NCBI GenBank assembly: GCA_964016885.1
Contig: OZ024741.1
Location: 292,330,001-292,394,000, forward strand
DNA length: 64,000 nucleotides
Direction: 5' to 3'
DNA from: Eledone cirrhosa
Lineage: Eukaryota
Shown piece by piece: positions 52,791 to 64,000 of this stretch. Position numbers and translations under genes: made by a program. The notes beneath the pieces were generated by a model, which worked only from the letters and a program-made list of their open reading frames with translations, was not told the DNA's origin and searched no databases. Each line of letters opens with the position of its first letter. The first letter of the stretch is position 1.

Positions 52791-55724
52791 GTGTGTGTGT
52801 CTGTGTATATCATCGTCAATGTTATATCATTTTTCCATGGTGGCATGATTTAGACAGGACTTCTGAGGCAGTGTTTTACAGCAGATACCCTTCTTGATGC
52901 CAACATTATTGAGTAGCCTCGTATGGCATGCAACGATATGTAGCTGTTTGAAAACAAATAAACAATAAATACACAGACACACAGCTATATATAATCATTG
53001 TCAATGTTACATCAGCCACCTTTTCCCCGCTGGCATGAGTTTTACAAGATTTTTTTAGGATGATATTCAATAGATAAATGTTCATCCTCATGTCAATACA
53101 TGCATATATATATATATATACACACACACATTTGTGTGTGTGTGTGTGCAAAAGGCAAACAGAAATAACAAAGCAAACAACACAATGCAATGAAGAAATA
53201 TATTAGTTTTACGCTTGATATAGTAGGAAAAGTGTCTTAACATTTCATAGAATGAGAAATTAAAGAGATAAACGGAAACAAATTTCTTTTAGAGAAAACA
53301 GGTCTATTCAGGTCGCTATCTCTTTGAAAACTCTCTCTCTATATATATATATATATTTTTTTTTTTTTGGCGGGGGGGGGGGGGGGGGTACCTCTATATA
53401 TATATCATCATCATCATCTTTTTACATCTGAACATTTATTCATTTATTTGCTACTGCCAAGAATTGCACACATATATTAATCATAAGGAACAGGAGAAAA
53501 TGTACTCAGTACTGGAAATAGAACATAGAAAATTTACTTTGGTCAGTTGAAACCAAATATTTTGGAATTCAATTGACTACAGATCAACATCTGGCATTGA
53601 TAATTTGTTTTTGACATCATTCTGGCATTTCCTGTGAAGTTAATTTTCCTAAGCTGTAGCCTTTGTCCTTGGAAATCACTAACAAATGTGAGTTGTACCT
53701 GTAATTCAAAGGGCCAACCTTGTCACACATTGTTTGATACTGTACATCCCTGAGGACTGTGTTAAGGTTACATGTCACTGAAATATTAAGCCATTTGTAT
53801 GTTAATATATAAGCAGAATATTCTTTTGAGAGCAGCAAGTGGAGTGTTGAAGTTGACAGATGTCCAACAAGAACATGTGTATCAGACAGGGCCGGATTTA
53901 TCAGAGGGCAGAGGGGGGAAAATTCCTGGGAACCCCTTGTTGAATAGTGACCCTCTAGGAACAGCCCCAAGCTCCCTAAACCTGAGCCCCCCCCCCCCCC
54001 CCCAAACCCAAAAAAAAAACTAAAATTGAACTGCCCTGGGCCCCCACAGGGTCTAAATATGAAAGAAAGAGAAAGTATGTTTGGGACGTTTGGTATGAAA
54101 GGATTGAGGAAAATAACGCATCTAAAATATTTGCCTTATGTAGCAGATAATTGTGAAACGTTAAATCTATTTAAGAAATGCTTTCAACTTAACAAACATA
54201 ATGCTCTTTCATTCCTCATTAATCAAATACTTATTATCGAAATACTTAACCCAGGTTTCCCTCATGTCTCTTTCTGTTTGTCTATCTGTCCTACTCTTTC
54301 TGTATACACCCATACACACACAAATATGTATATATATATGCACATATTTATACATATGCATATGCAACACACGTATATATATATGACTTAATTTTATTCT
54401 ACTCGAGAGAGATTTTTGAAACCTATTACGACTAATGAGTGAAGCATTTTCATCGGTTGGCCATTGAATCAAATATTTGTTCTCCTTTTGTTTTGGCTGA
54501 CTCTCAATAATATTCACACATCAACACAGTGAACACATGTAAAGTACTATATAATTATACCCAAAAGAGTTTGATATCAGCCAAGATCATGATTGAGATA
54601 ATCTACTCTAACATTCCATTCTCTCTTTCTTCCTTACATCCCACATTCTGTCTCCCTCCTCTCCCTCTTACCTCCTCTCTCCTAGACCTCTCTCTTTCTG
54701 TATGGTGACACAGAGAAAGAGATAGCGGGAAGTTAAGATGGTTTAGTTTAATCCTACTGAAGTCAAGCTGCTTCATACCAACCCAGTTGAAAGCTTGTTA
54801 TTATTTTACATAAGACCGTCCAGGTTAACTTTGCCTTTCATCCTTACAGGGTCAATAAAATAAAGTACCAGTGGGTATTTGCTGGCCTTGTGCCAAATGT
54901 TGAAACAATTATTTTACATAAGACCCATATGGCAGTGCTCCAACATGGCCAAAGATTCAGGGCTAGAATAGATAAAAGCCTGATTTAAGTTACTACCTTA
55001 ATAATGAAATAATTAACATTTTAGTAACATGCTCACACTTCTTTGGTATTCACCATATATACAGGTCTGTCTATAAGCCGAGAAATATGTGACAAAAAAA
55101 ATCAATGTGAAAATTGGTGTAGGGGGATCGGCTTATATTCAAGGTCAATATTTTGCCTGTTTTCCTCACCTTAAACATCTATGTAAAAAAGGCACCAGAA
55201 TATCTGGAGTTATACTTATGGATAATTCCAGTAATTTCCATAAATGAAAATGACTACATTTAAAAAAGTTTTATCATACTCGTAATTCACACATTTGGAA
55301 AATATGTCTACAAAATATACAATTTTACGGAAGTTGAGAGGAAACAAATTGAGGTGGTGGCAGTGTTGTGGCTATGCATATATATTGTCCATTGAAATGC
55401 TGTTATGATAAATATAAACATTTAAGAAACTTACTTTTATAAATATACTGACACATTGACACATACATAAATTTATAATCATGCAGAGAGAGTGACATCC
55501 ACATATACACTTATAACCACATAAATGTAAACAGACTATATATATATATATATATACACATATGTACAATCATCATCGTTTAACGTCCATCTTCCACGCT
55601 ATATATATATATATATAAAGAGTTAGTATATCTACCAACATATTTATACAGATGTATACTTATGCTAGCAAAGATATAGGTTTTGTTTAGTAAATTTGTG
55701 GTTCAAATCAAAGAGATGTAGAAC

Positions 55725-55787
<63 letters not shown>

Positions 55788-55788
55788 C

Positions 55789-55821
<33 letters not shown>

Positions 55822-55848
55822 CATATACATACATATATATATACATAC

Positions 55849-55881
<33 letters not shown>

Positions 55882-56002
55882 CATACATACATATATATAT
55901 ATATATGTATATATATGGCTCTGAACATTAATCAGTATACACTGAGGATGAAAAACTCAGAGCTGTATGGGAGCATCCCAAAAGTCAGCTCAAAAGTGAC
56001 AC

Positions 56003-56517
56003 AGTAAACAACATCTGATCCCTCTTATTTCTAATTTTTCCCTTAGTTCGTTTATGCTTGGCCGTTCACGTATATTACTATTACACATCCAGCGGAGCAT
56101 GCAAGCTTCGTTCCTCTCAAGTCTGCGTATATCCTCTGCACACAATGCCCAGGTCTCACTGCCATGTAACATTGCTGTTCGTATGCAGGCATCATACAGC
56201 CTGCCTTTCATTTTTAGAGAGAACCCTTTAGTGGCTAATAGTGGTATAAGCTCTCCGGACTTTTTCCATCCAGTTCTGACTCTAGCTACTGTACTTTCAG
56301 AGCACCCTCCACCACTGCTGATTTTGTCACCCAAGTAACGGAAGGTGTCCCCTATTTCTATAGAACCATCTGTGCAATGGAATGAGCTAGTATTCTGTGG
56401 GTACTTGCTGCTACTTATTGCACCAGAGCACCGGCCACATATAAAATCTATGTTCTTAGTTAGCTTACCTGTGATCCCACTACATCTTTTATGTACCCAT
56501 ACTTTGCATTTGGGACA
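56003..56517 (-). mobile_element. RTE LINE copy 4, internal fragment
   Basis: CPKCKVWVHKRC to IRCCLL; homologous to 2015-2530. Confidence 0.92.
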
Positions 56518-56644
56518 TATATATATATATATTTATATATATTTATATATATATATGTGTGTATGTAGATGGTGAGTAATATTGTAGAACAATAAAACTA
56601 TGCATATATCAGATAAGTAGCACTCAACAGTTGGAGAACTGGAG

Positions 56645-56953
<309 letters not shown>

Positions 56954-57830
56954 AACATATTTATTGTATATCATTCAATTTGTATGTTAAATAAAATCTG
57001 TTACATTTGTTTTATGCTAAAAAGAGGTAAACAAAAATTGTTAAAACTTTATAAAACCGATGAAATGGTGAAAAGGTTATGCAATGGAGTTGTGAAACAA
57101 AAACTATGCTCTAAACGACACTTAAATACATTTTAGATATCTAAATATTCTCCACTTGAGGGAACTTACAAAACCGTACCATTTAAACCTGAGTTGGTTA
57201 ATTGCCTCAGCTTATAGATAGGATTTGTGTTTTTTGCACATTTCTCAGACATAAAATGAGGTCAGCTTATATTCAGATTGGCAGATATTGAGTAGTACAA
57301 TAGAAATATGACCATGAAAGTGTTAAAAAATAACTACCAGTTGTGTCCTGGGGATCAATGTGGGTTGACAATTATAAGAGCATACAACAAAATATTTCTG
57401 AAAGTATGCAACTATGGTTTTAGACTTTTTATATGTAGAGTTCAACTTTGCTTTTTCAAGGTCAACTTTGTTTCTTTATCCTTCTGGTAGTGATGGTGGG
57501 TGCGGGAAGTTAGATAAAATAGTAACAATAAATTACTATGGTGTTGATTTAATATTGCTATAATATACACTAGATGTGAACACAATAACAAAAGAAGTCG
57601 AGGAAAAAGACATCACTGTGCTGTGGTGCTCTCTGCTAAAAAGATTGTGGCTCTCCTTTCAACAGCCCGTAATGTGGTGCATTGTTTCTTTCCATTTTAT
57701 AAGTTGGTAATTTTGTGATTTGAGGGTGATTTAACTATTGTTTCTAGCAGGCTCAAGCCACATCATTGACTATTGTTCTTAACCTTTGCCTGCCCAATTT
57801 CTGAAGATTTGACCACATGCAGATAAGAAT

Positions 57831-57872
<42 letters not shown>

Positions 57873-58335
57873 GGTAAGCAAAAGGAAAATGGCTTGAACT
57901 CTACTAAAAATAAAAAAAATAATAATATCTAAAAAAAAAAGAAGTAAAAAACAGCATACAACAGGTAAAAACTGTTAAATCCATCACAGAAGCTATTTCA
58001 TCTCATTGATACCACCAATATCCTACAGAAATATATCACAACATAACTTTTTAAAATGGAATAAAATAAATAATAAATGGCACATGTACATCAGATCATG
58101 TGACTTCTCTAATGTCCTTAAGGAGAACAAAGGAGTACACAAAGATCAAATCAAGACCATATTTCCATTTTTCTCTCTTCTTGCGTTTCATCCATACTGA
58201 ATTTCTGAATTTTGAATTCAATGGATGTTTGAGCTTCAGAAATCAATATATATATATATATAATGTATGTGCATGTATGTATATATACGTGTGTATGTTT
58301 GTATATTTATATATAAATATGCATATATGTGTGTG

Positions 58336-58366
<31 letters not shown>

Positions 58367-58398
58367 GAATGTGTGTGTGTATGTACGTGTATATAAAT

Positions 58399-58443
<45 letters not shown>

Positions 58444-58898
58444 CATAGCTATTGAACAATCACTTCAAGGATGTTAGACAGAAGCAGATTGAAATTGTAA
58501 AGCATATAAACTAAAATAAGTCAATGGAAATGAAGCTACATCGGAAGCCATTCTCTGTTGTTGGTTTCATCAAAAATTCCTTCTATTGATCCATTATATC
58601 TTGCAATGGGAATGGAATTAACTTTACACTCAACCTTTCTGATCAAAAGGATCTCTTAATTTTTATTGCTTATATTTTATCGTAATCTGATTGCTGTTGT
58701 TGCTGTTGTTGGGAAGAGGATATGGTGGAATTAATTAAATTATATCTCTATCCTTTCTTGTACAAATATGTCACTCTCTCTCTCTCACATACGATGTATA
58801 TAATTTGGTTTACAAATTTCAATAACAAATCATTTGGAAAAGATGTGTGGGTGTGGGCCACATAAATGCATATAGCTATACATATACATATAATATGG

Positions 58899-58942
<44 letters not shown>

Positions 58943-60344
58943 TACCGTAGAAACCATAAAAAATGATGGGAGTTTATAGGAAAAAATATTTCATTTAATG
59001 ATTCCTTGATTACAAAATTCTATGTAAAGGTGCTTGAATTGCCAATTTTTATTGACCTACTGTATGTCACTCTGGTGACTCCCAGATTTCATTTTACATA
59101 TAACCACTAAATTTTGATGACTTTATTCTATCTACCTACCTACCTTTGGGCTGATGTTATGATTCATGCATTATTTTGCAAAGATACATACATATATAGA
59201 CTACCTATCGATTTAACTGTCTCTATTTCTGTTTATCTATCTCACTCTCCTTTCAATCTCTCTCTCAGAAAATCTAAGACAAATTTAATGTAAATATAAC
59301 TGTAGTCTATAGAACTCTCATTGTGAAAATTTAGATGAATGTGAAAATCCCTCTATTCTCAATGTATACAGAAAAAGCACAAGAGGTTGTTTATACATTT
59401 TTCACAGCTAATCAGCCTTTCATCAGTGCCCTTATGTATATATGCACTTGTATTGGTGTGTTTTGTATGCATGTGTACATGTATCATCACTTTCCCTGAT
59501 AGTAAGTGTTGGATGGTTCTAAATAAAACAAGTCAGTATTGAAGTGGGCCTACTAACCTCCTAGACAGGCTGAGGAGTCTTCATCCTGCTTTCAAATCTC
59601 ATGTTTTATCAAATACAGAGAAGTTGTCATGCCTTTTGACACAAACTGAAAGGTCTTCTGACCCCCTTGTTTGGCAAGGTTTTTACAGCTGGATGCCCTT
59701 CCTAGCATGAACCACTTCACAGCATGTACTGGGTGCCATGTCTTTGACACAATTAAAGGGTCCTCCTACACCTATGTGTGGCAAGATTTCTATGGCTAGA
59801 TTCTCTTCCACACAATTTCTCTCTCCCAAATTGAACTCGCATTAGATTGGCCAATCTAAGTATACTGGAATGGAACCCATCTCTACATAGTTGCCGAGTG
59901 AACTTCTTAACCTTACTGCCATGTGTGATAATACCCAAAATATTCCTATGTCAGCATAAGTGGAACTTAATATAAATAAATAACAGTTGTTAACAGAAAA
60001 ATTTAATACAATAGTTTCTGAAGAATCTAGTACAAGTTTAATTATTATTCTTGCTGCTGCTGTTGTTGGTGGTGGTGGTGCTGTTTGAAATATTGGTGTT
60101 GCTGCTGTTGTGGTTACTACTGTTACAAAATTATGAACAGGAAATTAAGTTATAATTGTCTTAATGATGGAAATATTGTAACAATACATTCTTTCAAAAT
60201 ACCATTAACGATTCAAAGAAAATTGTCAGCTGACTTTGAAAATGCATAGATTTTTCTTTGCATAGGTTTACCTGTATGATTATGTGTATGCATGCATGCA
60301 TGTATGTATGTACATATGTGTTTGTGTGTGTATATATATACTTT

Positions 60345-60990
60345 TTCCATTTGTCTCACTGCAACCTTAACCTCTTCTAATGTTGGAGGATCATGAAGCT
60401 TGTTAATGATAGGAGCCTGCACTATAGCCTCAACCACATCGGAATTAATGCGAGATTCATGGCTTAGGAGTTTGTTAAAGTGTTTGTTGTAACATCTTGC
60501 CTTGAGTTTATCATGCTTATGCAACACTTTCTTTCCATTCTTTGACTGCAGTGAGGGCAAAGATTGTGGTGGGTGAGCCATATACTGTGTGCAACCTATA
60601 TGATTTAGCATCTCGTGTTTCTGCTGAGGCTTGTATGTTATGTGCTTTATCACACCATCGTAAATCTTTTGCTACACAGTTTGCACTGCACCCACGTCTT
60701 ACATTCTTTAAAAGCCTTCTCCAGTCAAGATTCTTCTGCACATTCCGTCAAGCTTGACAAAAACTTGTACAGACATGTTTTCCTTTCCTTTAAAAGCATT
60801 TCCACTTGTGGTTCATTTGCAGTAAACCAGTCCTAATGTTTTTTCTCTTCATACCCCAAAGTCGTAGCCACTGCCGCATAAACCTGTTTTTTCTGAAAAA
60901 CAGACATGCATCATCACTGTCAATGAATTCAATTTGCTGAACTGCTTCTTGAAAATTTTTTCATTATTCTGGGCAGGAGAATTGTGAGAA
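60345..60990 (-). pseudogene. Ancient RTE/BovB-like LINE fragment (EN-RT linker)
   Basis: DWF, HFNKLLS, PPTLEEVKVAVRQM. Confidence 0.65.
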
Positions 60991-61733
60991 TTTTATATAT
61001 TTCTGTACCCTAAACTGTGTTCAAATATGACTCTTACCTGTGAGGTAAGCTGATGCATATGTATGTAAAAGGCTGGGCTACTAAGCTATCACACATCATA
61101 CTCATGGAAATAACACATTTCAGTACCCCATACAACTTGATTTTGCATGGGGTATCTGTACTAAAATGTGTCACTCTGCATGTGGGCTAATGCAGTACCA
61201 CAAAGCATGCCATGCCAATTTAACTGAAGCAGGTGAGAAACTTACCTACACACTGTTTTGTATGACATGCAAGTCACTTCCTGGTTTAATGAGCCATATA
61301 AGGCAGCATCAACAACAACAGCATCAATAGCGCGTTTTTGCCAATATCTGTTTTCTTTTACTTTCTAAGTGTCCGGACTTCGTGTGTATACATATACTTG
61401 TGTGCGTAATATATATGTAACTTATGTTTGTATATATCTGTTTATCACATTTATATATAGGGAATGTAATGTGCAGTCACTGTAGGTTCACCCTAGTGAA
61501 CATTTGATGCATAGTTTCCAGTCGGTAAAGAGATGTAGAACTAAGCAGAGTTCCAGAGTTGGGCTAGATCGATACATATCGAATCTTGAGCTGATCAATA
61601 GCAAAACGCATGTCACTACTCAATAAATGTAATGAAGACGTAACAAATCGTCCTTTTATTATTGGGTAATTGCTGGCCTTGTGCCAAAAGTAGAAACAAT
61701 TATTATTATTATTATAATATATATATATATATA

Positions 61734-61800
61734 TATTTCGTTTCTGAATTTGTTTAGCAAGATTCTTATTGGCAACATGACCCTCCCAAAGCATAACAAT
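61734..61800 (+). mobile_element. 65-bp deletion derivative of the 38611-38862 mini-element
   Basis: Same start ATTTCGTTTCTGAA and end TTCTTATTGGCAACATGACCCTCCCAAAGCATAACAAT, within (TA)n. Confidence 0.75.
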
Positions 61801-61845
61801 ATATATATATATACGTGCACATACATTTTATTTATACATATTTGC

Positions 61846-62025
61846 AGAGGGTCTGATGCCATGCCTTGCAGCAAGGAGTTACGGCCCTTTATGGTCTGAG
61901 GTCAAATCCCGCCGAGGTCAACTTTGCCTTTCATTCTTACGAGGTTGATAAAATAAAGTACCAGTAATGTACTGGTTAGTTGCTGGCCTTGTGCCAAAAG
62001 TAGAAACAATTATTATTATTATTAT
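61846..62025 (+). mobile_element. Meta-type SINE, 5'-truncated
   Basis: Homologue of 40437-40605. Confidence 0.8.
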
Positions 62026-63219
62026 AATATATATATATATGTGGACATACATTTTATTTATACATATTTGCACACACAAATATACAGTCATGTGAATTTG
62101 TATAGCATGGAAATATGTTTATTTGGCAAATTCCTTCAACTGTTGAGGTATGGCTTGACAAGGATGAAGCTATCATCTGTTGTGCTGTAGAATTATTCTA
62201 TCACACAGCTAGATTTCATCTTTGACCAACAACAAAAGATCATAATGAATATCTTTACACTTTCAATTTATCAGTCAGAATGAATTTTTTCTTACCCTTA
62301 ATCATTTTCTTACCTTATTTCTAATGAAACACACTGCCTACTTTTTAAAATAATTGAAAATTTGAAGGGATTTTGTAATATAACTTTTTCATTATTATGC
62401 TGTTTGGAGCATTAACTAACAAAGTTTCTTAGATGAAATTATGATGAAATGTTTTTAGATGCAAATACTTTAGAATAAAGAGCCTAATATGGTAGAATCA
62501 GAGCTGATTTCAAGCAGTTTTGGTATCAAGAGTTAATATAGTATTTCTGTCTGGTAATATAGATTGATGTCAGTTTATTTGTGTTGTTGACTATCTAAGA
62601 GAATCATTAAAACTTTCTTCTTATGGGGTAGAGGTAATTCTGTATTGTTTTATATAAAGCCTAGGGAAATAGTTCAAATCCAGTTAATGTTTAGTATTTT
62701 GTTTTGAAATTATGAAAATGATTTTTTTTTCTCTCATCTACTATTTTCAATGTAAAGCATAGAGTGAAGGTTCAATTATAGTTTAAGTTCAGTATTGTTT
62801 CTTTCTTTTTCCCATCATATTTAGTTGCCTATTTCAATATCTTTATATCTCATTAGTATAGCCCATGTACAATTAGTAACTTTAAGCTTAAATAGTTTAA
62901 ACTTATGTACAAACCTTAGGTGTTCAGGGAAAATGAAACAGCCATTTCATTCACTCCTGAAATTTGGTTTAGTAAAGATTACACAAGCATCTCTTTGTTG
63001 TAGAATCCTTCTCCCACGTAGATAGGTTTCATCTGTGAATAACAGTCAGGAGAAGGACAATAACATGTTGTATGAATAATATAAAAATAATATTGTATTA
63101 ATGTTAGGAAAAAAGATAGATCTCATTCTGAATTAGGAATTAAAAATATAAAGGTGTTGATGATCATATCTCCCTATAAACAGTTTTGTAGTGTTGGTCA
63201 GTCTTTAGTTCCCAACCTT

Positions 63220-63650
63220 TCTTTGCCCATTTATTCCTGAGAGGGTCATGGGAGCAGAGTTCTTCCGGTGGGTCCTTTCAGAAGCAACTGTTTCCAACTG
63301 ATCTGATTGAATCCCCAAGCGAGACCAGCTGAGCTCATGGATGTTATCCAACCATCTTGCTCAGGGTCTACCTCTGGGTCTCCTGTCAGTTGGTTTTGCC
63401 TCTAAAATCTGTCCAGCTATTCTTTCCTGAGACATTCTAACCACATGCTTATAGCATTGGAGATGTGATCTCTCAAGTTGGAGAAGTAGCAGTTCAAGCT
63501 GGAGTGAATTTCTTATCTCTGAGCTACTCACTCTATCAAGTTATGTTACTCCAAAGACCCTTTGTAGGAACCCCATTTTGGCTGCTTGTATTTGTGATCG
63601 TATTCATTCAGTCATTACCCAAGATTCATGACCATAGGTAAGGGTTAGCA
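63220..63650 (-). pseudogene. Second RTE family: RT C-terminal fragment
   Basis: LTYGHESWVMT..IQAAKMGFL..HVVRMSQER..RPRGRP.ARWLDNI. Confidence 0.78.
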
Positions 63651-63702
63651 AGAATACCAAATTAAAGTTCCTAACCCTTGAAGAATAAATAGCAAAACTT
63701 AC

Positions 63703-63744
63703 CTCAGCAGAGTTCAGAGAACCAAACCAAATATTAAGACAAGT
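63703..63744 (-). CDS. Candidate 42-bp symmetric micro-exon (TCLNIWFGSLNSAE)
   Basis: Acceptor TTTACAG, consensus donor GAG|GTAAGT, phase 0-0. Confidence 0.22.
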
Positions 63745-64000
63745 CTGTAAACTCTGAGAACATCACCACTACTACTTGAATAATGTATGTGAATTGAAAT
63801 AAAAGTCTTAACATGTCTTCAGTATTATTTTTTGTATTTTGCTATATAGTTCTCTCTGATATTCTTCTCGATATGGTTACCAATGTAATGGGGTGTTGGG
63901 GATATGTCTGTCACCTGTTTTATAATATATCTGCCATTATTATATTGTCAAATGTTCTGTGGAACTTCTATATTAGTTGCATGAAATTTTTTATTCTGTT

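Noticed and set aside
55945-56002. HHR at CTGAGGATG...CATCC
   Set aside because: No GAAA or cleavage triplet in the right register; too degenerate to call.

Overview
AT-rich, repeat-saturated eukaryotic DNA, intronic or intergenic. The SINE, LINE and microsatellite content resembles a coleoid cephalopod such as Octopus (inference only). No confident host gene was found, only three weak candidate exons. Every long ORF comes from a transposon: a young RTE-clade LINE family (4 near-identical copies plus older ones, with a C4HC3 PHD-like finger inside the RT), a decayed L1/Tx1-type LINE sitting in a (GATA)n tract, three Penelope-like element (PLE) fragments, HERO-like and CRE-like RLE retrotransposon relics, Helitron derivatives, tRNA-derived SINEs and MITEs. 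The most notable layer, which the ORF track does not show, is about a dozen minimal type I hammerhead ribozyme (HHR) motifs, two with fully canonical cores. They sit in PLE pseudo-LTRs and in short non-coding cassettes inserted in (TA)n tracts. Many cassettes are fold-back palindromes whose breakpoints lie just upstream of the HHR GAAA. Also seen: a (TTAGGG)6 insertion with an 8-bp duplication inside an RTE copy, and a candidate recursive-splice site. All calls come from reading the sequence by eye; no database searches were run.
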